Shown: positions 1 through 10,281 of the stretch, piece after piece
Layout of the letters: every line of letters begins with the position of its first letter
How positions within the stretch are numbered: position 1 is the stretch's first letter
Origin: Pseudomonadota bacterium
GTDB taxonomy: Bacteria; Pseudomonadota; Gammaproteobacteria; Burkholderiales; Methylophilaceae
NCBI GenBank assembly: GCA_020053735.1
Contig: JAGVMP010000015.1
Span: forward strand, 12,708 to 76,707
Reading direction: 5' to 3'
DNA length: 64,000 nt
Program-made: the position numbers and the translations under genes
The notes under the pieces: model-generated
The model's database searches: none
What the model was told of the DNA's origin: nothing
What the model saw: only the letters and a program-made list of their open reading frames with translations

Positions 1-63
1 TATTGATAATTAACAATTTATACTGTTTTTTGCAACAATAAGCTAAATTAAGGCTTTAATGGC

Positions 64-101
64 ATGCCCTGGAAGCCGCATGGATATTGCCTTGCAGGGC
101 A
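64..101. repeat. Family A palindrome (short form)
   Basis: tgccctg..gcatggatattg..cagggca. Confidence 0.85.
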
Positions 102-113
102 GCTGTTTTTTAC

Positions 114-371
114 TTAATTACGGTGTCTTAACTTTAATGCTAATACCATGCACGCCAACAGTAGCGTGACAATATTGGCCAAAAGCACAGGCCAGCTGCC
201 AATTTTAAAACCATAAATAATCCAACCCAATACGCCTGCAGTAAACAGGCTGTACATGGGCAGAGAAACGCCGGACAAATCGCGCGTTTTCCATGAGTGA
301 TACGCCTGTGGCACAAAGGCAAACGTAGTTAAAAAAGCCGAGAAATAGCCAATTATTTCTATGTTATTCAT
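114..371 (-). CDS. SemiSWEET/PQ-loop family small transporter
   Basis: 85 aa, three hydrophobic helices, FVPQ motif, 'KTRDLSGVSL' loop typical of SemiSWEET. Confidence 0.85.
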   Translation of the reverse strand: MNNIEIIGYFSAFLTTFAFVPQAYHSWKTRDLSGVSLPMYSLFTAGVLGWIIYGFKIGSWPVLLANIVTLLLACMVLALKLRHRN

Positions 372-441
372 ACTTAAGTTCTCTAAAATAGTTTTCTAAT
401 ATCATTCGCCAAAGTTTTCGTTTAAAAATACAAAGCTTTAA

Positions 442-527
442 GTCAGACGAGGCGCGCAATGACGACGTGTACGTTTGTGTACACGAGGTACGATTTGATT
501 AAGTACCGTATAACAATGTATGACGAC
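442..527 (+). repeat. Family B repeat (GTAC-loop-GTAC core)
   Basis: gtcagacgaggc..gtgtac/gtacac gagg..acaatgtatgac. Confidence 0.7.
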
Positions 528-539
528 AAGATTTGTATT

Positions 540-1346
540 TTAATTATGGAAAGCAATCCAGTCAGTATGTATCTTATCCCAATCTTGCAGCGCCAAGCCA
601 TGCGCATTAAACAATTCACGAATTTGTACTGAATCCCACATTAATACATCTTCTAAAATGGGCACCAACACACTCACCGCGTTGTCGCTAAGCACGGTTC
701 TATTGGCTATGCGGCCGATTGATTTAGTTTCCGACACCGCGATAGTATGCCCATCGCGACTATTCACATCGTGCATTACGTATAAATCTGAACTGCCATC
801 GCCTATGTAAATCACGCGATCAGAACTCATTTGCAATTTTTGCTCGATTGTTTCCAATACCGCCACTTTGCCATTACCTGCTGGCACGTGGTTAATCGCG
901 CAAATCTCGCCTGTATCGGTATCAAACTCAAGTTCAGAGCCAAATATATGTTCTGGCGGCACGATATTCTCTAAGGCAGAGCGCACCACTAGGGCAGGCC
1001 CTGCCGAAATCACATAAAAATCAAAGCGGTAGCCATCTATGCCAGCACTCAAAATCTCGGTGAGTAGCTTTACATTATCTTTTAACCGCACGCACTTGCC
1101 AGCCTCCACTAGGTGCTCACGCCTCACCCCACGAAAAGCAGGATCATGTCGCAGCAAATACGCCAGCTCTGCGCCCTGCTTCACTAGATTAGTGCGTGCC
1201 AGTCCCGCTACTTTATCTTCAAAATTACTTATACCCAACATCTCAGCCAACACATGGCCAGAATCATTAAAACTCAAGGTTTGGTCAAAATCGCTCGCGA
1301 CTAAATAGTCTACTGTTGCTTCTGTCCTAGTACTCGTCATCTTCAT
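540..1346 (-). CDS. HAD-superfamily hydrolase (phosphatase-like)
   Basis: Motif I 'SDFDQT', motif IV 'GDGSSD'; likely start at ATG 1346 or 1340 rather than the ORF-track start 1430. Confidence 0.75.
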   Translation of the reverse strand: MKMTSTRTEATVDYLVASDFDQTLSFNDSGHVLAEMLGISNFEDKVAGLARTNLVKQGAELAYLLRHDPAFRGVRREHLVEAGKCVRLKDNVKLLTEILSAGIDGYRFDFYVISAGPALVVRSALENIVPPEHIFGSELEFDTDTGEICAINHVPAGNGKVAVLETIEQKLQMSSDRVIYIGDGSSDLYVMHDVNSRDGHTIAVSETKSIGRIANRTVLSDNAVSVLVPILEDVLMWDSVQIRELFNAHGLALQDWDKIHTDWIAFHN

Positions 1347-1663
1347 TAATTGCGCCTTTAACATGCAACAACTATAAGCGTGCATAAGTCGTGCCAGTTT
1401 AAATTTAATTGCCAAATCTATTGCAAACACCCCGTAGATGTTGGCTTGCAGACTAGTTTAATGATGAAATTTGACTAAGTGATGACAACGATTGTGATTG
1501 TAAAATGAGTTAAAACGGTGCGTTTATGCAATTAAACAATACTTTATAAGTATCCGATTAACTATAATAAAAATAAAGCGTTATGAAGTAATATGCTGGT
1601 GCGAAAAACGTACATAATCAAACCAATGTTGGCACTTTATTTCTACTGGTAGAAACTTGACAA

Positions 1664-2506
1664 ATGAACTTGAAGATAAAAAATACTCGGTTATATAGCA
1701 AGGCTTTGCTGTTAGTTATTGTGTGCTTCAGTGCCGAATTCAGCCATGCCAATACCATTGAAAATGAAACTGACAGCGCACTTGTGAATAAACGCAGTGC
1801 AGGCTGTGGAATAACTCAAGTGGGTACTGGAAAATTTATGCAGATGAAAATCCGCGTGCTTGATCAAGACCGCAAATACCATCTGCTTGTTCCAACCAAT
1901 TACGACCCCAATCGGGCATATCCGCTCATTTTTCGCTGGCACGGCGCGGGTGGCAATGGTCTTCGTGGTGGCCTAGGCATTGAATACAGCGCTAAGGACA
2001 ACGCCATTGTGGTTAGCGCAGCTGCGATGGGTAAATATTGGCGCATCTATAGTGACTCCATTGATTTACACTTATTCGACAGCATGCTCGATACAATCTC
2101 AAGTCAGTATTGTATTGATCGCAACCGTATTTTTAGCTATGGCTTCAGTGTTGGGGGCACATTTAGCAACCTGCTCGCCTGCGAGCGAGGTGATGTGTTG
2201 CGCGCGAGCGCTACTATTGCGAGTGGTTTTGCGGGCGGTAACTGCAAGGGTAAAGTAGCCACTTGGTTACTTCACGACCAAAACGACGATGCGGTACCAA
2301 TAGCAAAGGGAGAGGCTGTCCGTGAACGGGCAGTTGCAACAAATGGCTGCTCTACAAACACTATCGAAGAAGCTAATGGCTGTCTGCGTTATCAGGGCTG
2401 CGATGCAGCGCCAGTGGTTTGGTGCGAGTCAAAAGGATTTGGCCACAATATTCGTGGCGACTATGCACCAGCGCAAGTATGGAAATTTTTTCAAAGCTTG
2501 CCCTGA
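1664..2506 (+). CDS. Secreted alpha/beta-hydrolase, PHB depolymerase/CE1 esterase-like
   Basis: Signal peptide, 'SAGCG', 'PLIFRWHG', nucleophile elbow GFSVGG, 'HDQND' acid, C-terminal 'GH'. Confidence 0.7.
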   Translation: MNLKIKNTRLYSKALLLVIVCFSAEFSHANTIENETDSALVNKRSAGCGITQVGTGKFMQMKIRVLDQDRKYHLLVPTNYDPNRAYPLIFRWHGAGGNGLRGGLGIEYSAKDNAIVVSAAAMGKYWRIYSDSIDLHLFDSMLDTISSQYCIDRNRIFSYGFSVGGTFSNLLACERGDVLRASATIASGFAGGNCKGKVATWLLHDQNDDAVPIAKGEAVRERAVATNGCSTNTIEEANGCLRYQGCDAAPVVWCESKGFGHNIRGDYAPAQVWKFFQSLP

Positions 2507-2560
2507 TGTCGGGTAGTGAAATTAAAACGTTTTTACATCTTTAATTACTAAAAGTCATTG

Positions 2561-2592
2561 GCCTGCAGACCAATATCCATGCGGGTTGCGGA
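2561..2592. repeat. Family A palindrome (short form)
   Basis: gcctgcagaccaatatccatgcgggttgcgga. Confidence 0.85.
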
Positions 2593-2634
2593 GGAATAAG
2601 TTTTCATTTGTAAAGTGAGGCAACCTCACCAAAG

Positions 2635-3558
2635 TCAGGTGTCAAGTGATTCGTTCCACTCGGAGCCCAGCACCCAGCTAAGCGCAGACATGCGGCCGCT
2701 CAGCAAACCCCATTCGAAATCATCCCAACCTAGATTCTTTTTACCAAACTTCTGTTCGATTCGTCTTGCTGCCTTTTTCGCTGTAACCAAAATTTCTTCT
2801 TGATCAGGGCTGAGAGTTTCTTCACCAGTGGCGAGTCTACGCAGCCAATTCTGGTGGCGATTCCACCAAATCTTGTCCCATAACTCGCTGTATTCCTTGA
2901 GAATTGCCGCATCATTACGACGAAGTACCATTGGCCAATATTCACCGTCTTCTTCGTCTGATGGGATCCACTCAACCATGTCCCCATCATCGTTGTAACC
3001 GATTCGGTGGCCATTGGGCCCGATTTCACCTGACTTAAAGGGTTCGTTCGTTTGCGACACATTACGCTGAATGTCGCGCACTGGATGCAGCGCTAAAAAT
3101 TCTCGGTTCAGTTTGCGCAACTGTAGAACGAGGTCGTGTTCAAACCGCCTGATTTCTATACCTTCTTCCTGCAACCTTAGTTCGCCAAGACCTCGAATTA
3201 TATAGTTCGGGTCAAGTGTACCGATAACGACACGTTTTAGTTTTCGCTCGATAACCCTGTCGGAACATGATATCTTTGGATGGTTCCTGTGCGTACATGG
3301 CTCTAGTGTTGAAAAAAGCGTGGCACCCTCTAAGTCAACACCTTGCAGCTTGCGCTCTAATAATGTGTATTCGGCATGTTCACCTGCTTTTAACTCACCA
3401 CGATACGCTGCAGCTAATACTATGCCATCTCGTGCCACAACGGCGCCTACCTTTGGCGATACTTTATTCTCTTCACTTACACATTTAGCGGCAAGCTCGA
3501 TGGCCAGTTGCATCAATTCCCGCTCGCTGTAAGCCATATCAGGGGCAATCACCGTCAT
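2635..3558 (-). CDS. RibD-like zinc-dependent deaminase domain fused to an uncharacterised C-terminal domain
   Basis: 'VGAVV', HAE and '[15 protein letters not shown]' deaminase motifs; no RibD reductase domain; ATGA overlap with glmM stop. Confidence 0.75.
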   Translation of the reverse strand: MTVIAPDMAYSERELMQLAIELAAKCVSEENKVSPKVGAVVARDGIVLAAAYRGELKAGEHAEYTLLERKLQGVDLEGATLFSTLEPCTHRNHPKISCSDRVIERKLKRVVIGTLDPNYIIRGLGELRLQEEGIEIRRFEHDLVLQLRKLNREFLALHPVRDIQRNVSQTNEPFKSGEIGPNGHRIGYNDDGDMVEWIPSDEEDGEYWPMVLRRNDAAILKEYSELWDKIWWNRHQNWLRRLATGEETLSPDQEEILVTAKKAARRIEQKFGKKNLGWDDFEWGLLSGRMSALSWVLGSEWNESLDT

Positions 3559-4916
3559 GTAGCTACAGTCTTTACTACTTCCGCAATTTCCTCCGCCAAT
3601 TTTTGCACCAGCTTTGCATCTTGGCCTTCTACCATCACGCGGATTTTTGGCTCGGTACCTGATGCGCGTAGCAACACACGTCCTGTACCCTTTAACTCAG
3701 CTTCGGCACTTTTAACCGCTTCTTGAAGCTGTGGCATACTCAAATCTAATTTCGCTTGGTTTGCTTTAGGTTGATATGTCACGTTAATCAGCACTTGCGG
3801 GTACAGCACCAGCTCTGCGCGCATTTGGGTGAGCGTTTTGCCACTTTGTTTTAACGCATGCAGCACTTGCAACGCTGCGATAATCGCATCGCCACTGGTG
3901 TGCTTGTCTAGTGTGAGAATATGCCCAGAATTTTCGCCACCCAGCTTCCAATTTCTTTCATTCAACAGTTCTAGCACATATCGATCGCCCACGTTAGCGC
4001 GCGCAAACGGAATTTGGTGTTTTGCCAGTGCATGCTCAAGCGCCAAGTTTGTCATTAAAGTACCCGCAACGCCGCCTTTTAACTTACCTTTGGCATATAA
4101 ACCCAACGCAATAATATATAAAAGCTGGTCGCCATCGAGCAGATTGCCGCCGGCATCCACCATCATCACGCGGTCGCCATCACCATCAAAGGCAATGCCT
4201 AAATCGGCTTGATGTTCCACTACCGCTTTTTGTAAGGCTTGCGGATGGGTGGAGCCGACTTGCTCGTTAATATTCAAGCCATCGGGTTTGTTGCCAATCG
4301 CAATAATTTCTGCGCCAAGCTCGTGAAACACATCGGGTGCCACATGGTAAGTGGCACCGTGCGCACAATCCAGCACAATTTTTAGGCCGCGTAAGTCAAG
4401 GTTGCTGGGAAAGGTGCTTTTGCAAAACTCCACATAGCGCCCAGCAGCAGCATCAATACGCCTTGCTTTGCCTAACTTGGCCGATTCCATCACTTGCATC
4501 GGTTTGTCTAGCTCAGCCTCAATCGCATGCTCAATGGCATCTGGCAGCTTTGCGCCTTCAGCCGAAAAAAACTTAATGCCGTTATCATAATACGGGTTGT
4601 GTGAGGCAGAAATGACGATGCCCGCCTGCGCGCGCAAAGCACGCGTGAGATAGGCGACAGCTGGTGTAGGCATCGGGCCTACCAGCAACACATCAACCCC
4701 TGCCGCAGACAGGCCTGCCTCTAATGCGGCCTCAAACATATAGCCTGAAATACGTGTATCTTTGCCAATCAGCACTGCGGGGCGTTTTGTTTTTGAATCT
4801 GCCGAAGCAAGCACACGGCCTGCCGCATAGCCCAAACGCATCACAAAATCTGGCGTAATGGGGTGCTCGCCTACTTTGCCGCGAATGCCATCGGTACCGA
4901 AATATTGTTTGCTCAT
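3555..4916 (-). CDS. glmM: Phosphoglucosamine mutase
   Basis: 'YFGTDGIRG', 'ISASHNP', 'FDGDGDR', 'RASGTEP'; start set at MSKQ (4916). Confidence 0.97.
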   Translation of the reverse strand: MSKQYFGTDGIRGKVGEHPITPDFVMRLGYAAGRVLASADSKTKRPAVLIGKDTRISGYMFEAALEAGLSAAGVDVLLVGPMPTPAVAYLTRALRAQAGIVISASHNPYYDNGIKFFSAEGAKLPDAIEHAIEAELDKPMQVMESAKLGKARRIDAAAGRYVEFCKSTFPSNLDLRGLKIVLDCAHGATYHVAPDVFHELGAEIIAIGNKPDGLNINEQVGSTHPQALQKAVVEHQADLGIAFDGDGDRVMMVDAGGNLLDGDQLLYIIALGLYAKGKLKGGVAGTLMTNLALEHALAKHQIPFARANVGDRYVLELLNERNWKLGGENSGHILTLDKHTSGDAIIAALQVLHALKQSGKTLTQMRAELVLYPQVLINVTYQPKANQAKLDLSMPQLQEAVKSAEAELKGTGRVLLRASGTEPKIRVMVEGQDAKLVQKLAEEIAEVVKTVAT

Positions 4917-4983
4917 ATTTATATTATCCAAAACTTCTTTAAATTTATCTTACTTAGTAAACCGTTACGAGCTACATCAATAC

Positions 4984-5085
4984 AAGGCGCACGGCACACA
5001 GGAACCAGAATGTACGAATAGGTACATGAGGATTCCGAGTACAATTTTAATTAAAAGCCTGCAACACCCAAGTGATGCGGCGCAG
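4984..5085 (+). repeat. Family B repeat
   Basis: aaggcgcacgg..atgtac gaatag gtacat gaggattccgagtac. Confidence 0.8.
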
Positions 5086-5090
5086 TAGGT

Positions 5091-5912
5091 TTACATTATG
5101 GCAGAAACGACTTTGAGTGCTTCTACTGTTGCCTTTACATCATGCACCCGCAGTATTTTAGCACCCTTCATTGCGGCTATCACGCTTGCCGCGATGCTAG
5201 CGTAAAGCCGCGCGTCAACATCATTGCCCGTCATTTGTCCCAATACAGATTTGCGCGACAGCCCCACCAGCAACGGCTGGCCTAAATCTGCGAAACTTTC
5301 CAGATTTTGCAGTAGCGTAATGTTATGTTCGCGTGTTTTGCCAAAGCCAAAACCTGGATCAAGTAAAATAGTATATTCCCCGCAACCCGCATGTATGCTT
5401 GCTTGCAGGCGTGTCTTTAAAAAGGCTTTTATATCATTTATTACATCATTATATTGCGGATTTTGCTGCATGGTCTGCGGTGTGCCCTGCATGTGCATCA
5501 GGCATACGCCTACGTTCGAACTTGCAATAATTTCAACAGCGCCTACTTCTTGCAGCGCACGCACGTCATTTACCATGCTAGCACCAGCTTTAATCGCGGC
5601 TTGCATCACGGCGGGCTTGTAAGTGTCGATAGAAATAGGAATGCTCACCTGCTTTACTAGGGCCTCAATCACTGGAATGACGCGATCCAGCTCTTCTTGC
5701 AGGCTGACAGGCGTAGCGTTGGGGCGGGTGGATTCGCCACCAATATCCAAAATGCTAGCGCCCTCATCAGCTAATTTAAGTGCGTGCGCAACAGCTAAAT
5801 TGGTTTGCGAGAATTTGCCGCCATCAGAGAATGAATCAGGCGTGACATTGACAATACCCATGACTTTGGGGCTTGCTAAATCAAGCTGGAAATTACCGCA
5901 GTTGAAAATCAT
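5091..5912 (-). CDS. folP: Dihydropteroate synthase
   Basis: 'MGIVNVTPDSFSDGG', 'DIGGESTRP', 'DPGFGFGK', 'GLSRKS', 'LRVHDV'. Confidence 0.97.
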   Translation of the reverse strand: MIFNCGNFQLDLASPKVMGIVNVTPDSFSDGGKFSQTNLAVAHALKLADEGASILDIGGESTRPNATPVSLQEELDRVIPVIEALVKQVSIPISIDTYKPAVMQAAIKAGASMVNDVRALQEVGAVEIIASSNVGVCLMHMQGTPQTMQQNPQYNDVINDIKAFLKTRLQASIHAGCGEYTILLDPGFGFGKTREHNITLLQNLESFADLGQPLLVGLSRKSVLGQMTGNDVDARLYASIAASVIAAMKGAKILRVHDVKATVEALKVVSAIM

Positions 5913-5930
5913 AGCTGATTATACTATAGC

Positions 5931-6026
5931 CGTCATTGCGAGGAGTGAAGCGACAAAGCAATCCATATTGAAGGTATAAAAACACTGGATTGCCACGCCC
6001 AAGTTGAAACTTAGTCTCGCAATGAC
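5931..6026. repeat. Family C (CGTC-tagged REP-like) inverted doublet
   Basis: cgtcattgcgag..gcaatcc ... ggattgcc..ctcgcaatgac. Confidence 0.85.
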
Positions 6027-6030
6027 CAAT

Positions 6031-6060
6031 AAATAAGGGCTAATAAATTAGCCCTTATTT
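6031..6060. terminator. Intrinsic terminator after ftsH
   Basis: Perfect IR aaataagggctaat/attagcccttattt. Confidence 0.8.
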
Positions 6061-6076
6061 TAACACCTTTTTAATG

Positions 6077-7966
6077 CTAACTTTTAGCTGTGGGTTGTGG
6101 CACAGGTGTAGCGCTATTACCAGCTGAGCCAGTATCACTCGGCTTTACCTTTGGCTGGCGCGGTTTAGGTGCACGTACTGGAATGCCCGCCATAATATCG
6201 TTAATTTGGTCGGCGTCAATGGTTTCATATTCCATCAGCGCCGCTGTCATTGCTTCAACTTTATCACGGTTATCTTCTAGTAATTTACGTGCAATTCCAT
6301 ATTGCTCATCCAAAATACGACGGATTTCTGCATCCACTTTTTGCTGCGTGGCCTCAGAAACGGTTTTACTACTCATGCTACCAAAAAATGAATCTTGCTC
6401 ATCGCCCGCGTATACCATGGTGCCCAGCGCATCACTCATACCGTATTTAGTCACCATCGCGCGCGCAAGCTTGGTGGCGCGTTCAAAGTCATTGCTGGCA
6501 CCAGTACTCATTTGATGCATAAAGATTTCTTCGGCAATACGACCGCCAAATAAAATCGAGATTTCTTCCAGCATTTTGTCTTTATAGTTACTAATGCGAT
6601 CAAACTCAGGCAGTTGCCAAGTTAAACCTAGCGCCCAACCACGCGGCATAATGGTGACTTTATGCACAGGATCTGCTTTTGGTAACAACTTCGCCACCAC
6701 GGCATGGCCAGATTCGTGATAAGCCGTGTTACGACGCTCTTCTTCACGCATGACCATACTTTTTCTTTCTGGACCCATGTAGATTTTATCTTTTGCGTCT
6801 TCAAAATCTTCCATGTCTACCGTGCGTTTGCTACGGCGCGCGGCAAATAAAGCAGCCTCATTCACCAAGTTGGCTAAATCTGCACCACTAAAACCAGGCG
6901 TACCACGCGCGATAATATCGGCTTTCACATCTGGGTCAATTGGCACTTTACGCATATGTACCAATAAGATTTGTTCGCGGCCTTTAATATCAGGCAAGCC
7001 CACCATCACTTGGCGGTCAAAACGACCAGGGCGCAATAAAGCTTTATCTAATACGTCGGCACGGTTGGTTGCCGCAATAATAATTACGCCTGAGCTGGCT
7101 TCAAAACCATCCATCTCCACCAATAATTGGTTAAGCGTTTGTTCGCGTTCATCGTTGCCGCCGCCAGTACCCGCACCACGGCTACGGCCCACGGCATCGA
7201 TTTCATCAATAAAGATAATGCAAGGTGAGTTCTTTTTAGCGGTTTCAAACATATCGCGCACGCGCGCCGCACCCACACCGACAAACATTTCAACGAAATC
7301 AGAGCCTGAGATTGAGAAGAATGGCACTTTCGCTTCACCCGCAATGGCACGTGCAAGTAAGGTTTTACCAGTACCCGGAGGGCCTACAAGCAACACACCG
7401 CGCGGAATACGACCACCTAATTTTTGGAACTTAGCCGGCTCTTTTAAAAAGTCGACTAACTCAGTCACTTCTTCTTTAGCTTCATCACAACCAGCCACAT
7501 CGGCAAAAGTGGTTTGATTTGAACTTTCGTCTAATTGACGCGCTTTACTTTTACCGAATGAGAAAGGGCCACCACCTTTGCCGCCGCCTTGCATTTGGCG
7601 CATAAAGAAAATCCATACACCAATGAGTAGAATCATTGGGAACCATGACATGAAAATATCCATCAACAATGAGCGTTGTTGTTCTGGTTTAGCCTCAACC
7701 TGCACATTGTATTTGAGCAAATCGTTCACCATCCACAAATCATTCGGCGCGTAGGTGCTGAACTCTTTGCCATCTTGCGTTTTGCCACGCACGACGCGGC
7801 CGTCAATTTGCACACTGGCAATACGGCCATCTTTCACTTCTTGCATAAATTGTGAGTATTTAACCTGGCTATCTGCTTTACCTTGACCAGAAAACTGGTT
7901 AAACACGGTCATCAGCACTAGCGCCACCACCAACCAAATTGCAATACTTTTTGCGATGTTATTCAA
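6077..7966 (-). CDS. ftsH: ATP-dependent zinc metalloprotease FtsH
   Basis: Two TM helices, Walker [12 protein letters not shown] 'ALLRPGRFD', HESGH zinc site; TTG start. Confidence 0.98.
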   Translation of the reverse strand: MNNIAKSIAIWLVVALVLMTVFNQFSGQGKADSQVKYSQFMQEVKDGRIASVQIDGRVVRGKTQDGKEFSTYAPNDLWMVNDLLKYNVQVEAKPEQQRSLLMDIFMSWFPMILLIGVWIFFMRQMQGGGKGGGPFSFGKSKARQLDESSNQTTFADVAGCDEAKEEVTELVDFLKEPAKFQKLGGRIPRGVLLVGPPGTGKTLLARAIAGEAKVPFFSISGSDFVEMFVGVGAARVRDMFETAKKNSPCIIFIDEIDAVGRSRGAGTGGGNDEREQTLNQLLVEMDGFEASSGVIIIAATNRADVLDKALLRPGRFDRQVMVGLPDIKGREQILLVHMRKVPIDPDVKADIIARGTPGFSGADLANLVNEAALFAARRSKRTVDMEDFEDAKDKIYMGPERKSMVMREEERRNTAYHESGHAVVAKLLPKADPVHKVTIMPRGWALGLTWQLPEFDRISNYKDKMLEEISILFGGRIAEEIFMHQMSTGASNDFERATKLARAMVTKYGMSDALGTMVYAGDEQDSFFGSMSSKTVSEATQQKVDAEIRRILDEQYGIARKLLEDNRDKVEAMTAALMEYETIDADQINDIMAGIPVRAPKPRQPKVKPSDTGSAGNSATPVPQPTAKS

Positions 7967-8106
7967 AGCCTGTTCCTTATAAAACGCACGTTGTTTTACT
8001 ACTTAATCTGTTACTTAAATTCTAAACCTATTCAGACTGAATATGACAGGTTTATTTTTTTACCATCTCTTAAACTATTTTTTACCTAGGTTATTTTTTA
8101 CCTGGG

Positions 8107-8724
8107 CTACTTTTTACCAAGGCCAAGCAAATACACTTCGCTACTGCGGTCGCGCGATGCTTTTGGCTTACGCGTGACGACTTTATCAAACTGTAGCCGC
8201 ATCGTTTTTACCATGTCATCAAAACCAGCGCCGATAAATACCTTGACCAAAAAATTGCCATTTGGTTTCAACCAAACCTTACTAAAATCCAGTGCCAATT
8301 CCGTCAAATACATGGCGCCTGCTTGGTCTACGTCACTAATGCCACTTATATTGGGCGCCATATCGGCAATTACAAGGTCTACCGGTTTATTATTTAGCTT
8401 AGTCTCCAACTGTTTAAGCACCGCTTCTTCGCGAAAATCCCCTTGGATAAAGTCCACACCTGCAATCGGATGCATGTCTAAAATATCCAGTGCTATGATT
8501 TTTCCTTGACCCTTTAGGCGCTGTACCGCCACTTGGCACCAACTGCCAGGCGTAGAGCCTAAATCGACAATGGTCATGCCCGGTTTGATGAGCTTGTCTT
8601 TGTCGTCAATCTCAGTCAGCTTATAGGCGGCGCGTGCGCGATAGCCTTCTTTTTGCGCGCGTTTCACAAATTCGTCATTCAGATGCTCTTGCATCCATGC
8701 TTTGCTGGTTTTTGAGACTTTCAA
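8107..8724 (-). CDS. rlmE: 23S rRNA Um2552 methyltransferase
   Basis: 'YRARAAYKL', 'DLGSTPGSW', 'SDMAP'-like 'ADMAPN', 'KASRDRSSEVY'; upstream of ftsH. Confidence 0.96.
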   Translation of the reverse strand: MKVSKTSKAWMQEHLNDEFVKRAQKEGYRARAAYKLTEIDDKDKLIKPGMTIVDLGSTPGSWCQVAVQRLKGQGKIIALDILDMHPIAGVDFIQGDFREEAVLKQLETKLNNKPVDLVIADMAPNISGISDVDQAGAMYLTELALDFSKVWLKPNGNFLVKVFIGAGFDDMVKTMRLQFDKVVTRKPKASRDRSSEVYLLGLGKK

Positions 8725-8758
8725 ATTAAAAATTGGCCTTCATGGTAAAATATGGGTT

Positions 8759-9067
8759 ATGAAACTAAACACCAAACAAATAGCGCATTTACGCGGCTTA
8801 GCGCATAGCTTAAACCCTGTGGTGATGATAGGCAACAACGGGCTGACCGACAATATTATCAAGGAAATTGAGCTTAATTTAAACGCGCATGAGTTGATTA
8901 AAATTCAAGTGGCGGGCGAGGACCGCGATGCGCGCAAAGCCATCTATGTTGAAATTTGCAGCAAAACCAACGCGGTTGCGGTGCATCACATCGGCAAGCA
9001 GCTGGTCGTTTATCGTGCCAGTGAAACAGTGAAAGAAAAAGCGAAAATTCACATTCCTAAACTATAA
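8759..9067 (+). CDS. yhbY: CRM-domain ribosome assembly RNA-binding protein
   Basis: 'LRGLAHSLNPVVMIG', 'HELIKI', 'IGKQLVVYR'; divergent from rlmE; ATG at 8759. Confidence 0.92.
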   Translation: MKLNTKQIAHLRGLAHSLNPVVMIGNNGLTDNIIKEIELNLNAHELIKIQVAGEDRDARKAIYVEICSKTNAVAVHHIGKQLVVYRASETVKEKAKIHIPKL

Positions 9068-9071
9068 AAAA

Positions 9072-9229
9072 CATGCCCTGCAAACCAATATCCATGCGGC
9101 CTATCAGGCATGAATAACCAGCTTTGACGTGTAAATAACCAACTTTTAGTTGGTATATTTCACGGGCAAGCCAAATACTGGCTTAGCTGGTATATTCTGC
9201 GGGGACAACCCTTGCGGTTGCAGAGCATG
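9072..9229. repeat. Family A long form with nested hairpin modules
   Basis: catgccctgca..gcagagcatg termini; internal duplicated hairpin. Confidence 0.85.
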
Positions 9230-9258
9230 CCTTTTGATGTTGATTTAAAAAGTGCTTT

Positions 9259-9696
9259 TTATCTAACTTTTAAAACCAGCACAAAACCTAGTAAGCACTC
9301 TACCAAATACGCCACGCTCGCCACGCCGTGCCAAGCTTTAAATCGGTTGGCAAATACACTTTGCATCACATCATTCGGCAGTGCATCCGTTTTTAATTGC
9401 GCGAGTATTGGTTGAATACCAAAATGTCCCGCCAGAATCAGCAGCAGCATAAAAAATACCGCCCAAAAAAAGCCTTGCTTCAAGCTAGCAGTGCCGTAAT
9501 CCAGCAAACGCTGAACGAGCAAATAAAACGCACTAACTGCGCCAATATAACTGACCATAGTAAACAGTTTACCTGCCAAGCTGCCTGCTAATTGTTTATC
9601 CTGCAAGCTGTCAAACAGCACATAAGCGGTAAGCCCTGTCATCCACAATGCGCCTACCCACAGCGTAACAACGATTAAATTTAGGCGCGATAGCAT
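9259..9696 (-). CDS. DUF4149-like membrane protein
   Basis: Four hydrophobic helices, 'AGSLAGKLF', 'FKAWHG'; typical neighbour of greA in betaproteobacteria. Confidence 0.7.
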   Translation of the reverse strand: MLSRLNLIVVTLWVGALWMTGLTAYVLFDSLQDKQLAGSLAGKLFTMVSYIGAVSAFYLLVQRLLDYGTASLKQGFFWAVFFMLLLILAGHFGIQPILAQLKTDALPNDVMQSVFANRFKAWHGVASVAYLVECLLGFVLVLKVR

Positions 9697-9714
9697 GATT
9701 TAAAATAGTACGGT

Positions 9715-10197
9715 TTAGATGTAACTAACTTCGAGCACTTCAAGCTCTTTAATACCGCCAGGTGATTGCACTTCTGCAATTTCACCTTCTGACTTGCCAA
9801 TTAAAGCGCGTGCAATCGGCGAACCAACTGAAACTTTACCGCCTTTAATATCCGCTTCATCTTCACCGACAATTTGGTAGGTTTTGGCTTCGCCTGAGTC
9901 TAAATCTTCAAATCTAACCGTTGCACCAAATACCACACGGCCCTCAGCGTTTAAAGTGGCTGGATCGATAACCTGTAAGTTAGAAAGTTTTGATTCTAGC
10001 TCGGCAATGCGACCTTCGATAAAGCTTTGTTTTTCTTTAGCCGCTTCATATTCAGCATTCTCTGATAAATCGCCCTGCGCGCGCGCCTCGGCAATGGCCA
10101 AAATAACACTTGGTCTATCTTCACTGCGTAAGCGTTGTAGCTCCACCTTGAGCAACTCTGCGCCCTTAACGGTAACGGGGATTTGTCCTAATGCCAT
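9715..10197 (-). CDS. greA: Transcription elongation factor GreA
   Basis: 'AEARAQGDLSENAEY', 'SPIARALIGK'. Confidence 0.97.
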   Translation of the reverse strand: MALGQIPVTVKGAELLKVELQRLRSEDRPSVILAIAEARAQGDLSENAEYEAAKEKQSFIEGRIAELESKLSNLQVIDPATLNAEGRVVFGATVRFEDLDSGEAKTYQIVGEDEADIKGGKVSVGSPIARALIGKSEGEIAEVQSPGGIKELEVLEVSYI

Positions 10198-10221
10198 ACT
10201 TTATTGCCAATCTTTAATAGT

Positions 10222-10259
10222 AAAAAAATAAACCACACTCAGTGCGAGCGTGGTTTTTT
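10222..10259 (-). terminator. Intrinsic terminator between carB and greA
   Basis: aaaccac..gtggttt hairpin with T-run on the minus strand. Confidence 0.65.
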
Positions 10260-10281
10260 GTAAGTTAATAATGAGTGTATT

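Noticed and set aside
1630-1645. sigma54 promoter (TGGCAC) upstream of the esterase
   Set aside because: The -12 position reads TTCT instead of TTGC
2635-3558. Calling the deaminase ribD
   Set aside because: No reductase domain; the C-terminal domain is unrelated and no riboflavin genes are nearby
6813-7517. Long antisense ORFs over ftsH, bamE, hldE, carB, edd, dnaK and dnaJ
   Set aside because: Shadow frames of well-supported genes, explained by codon bias
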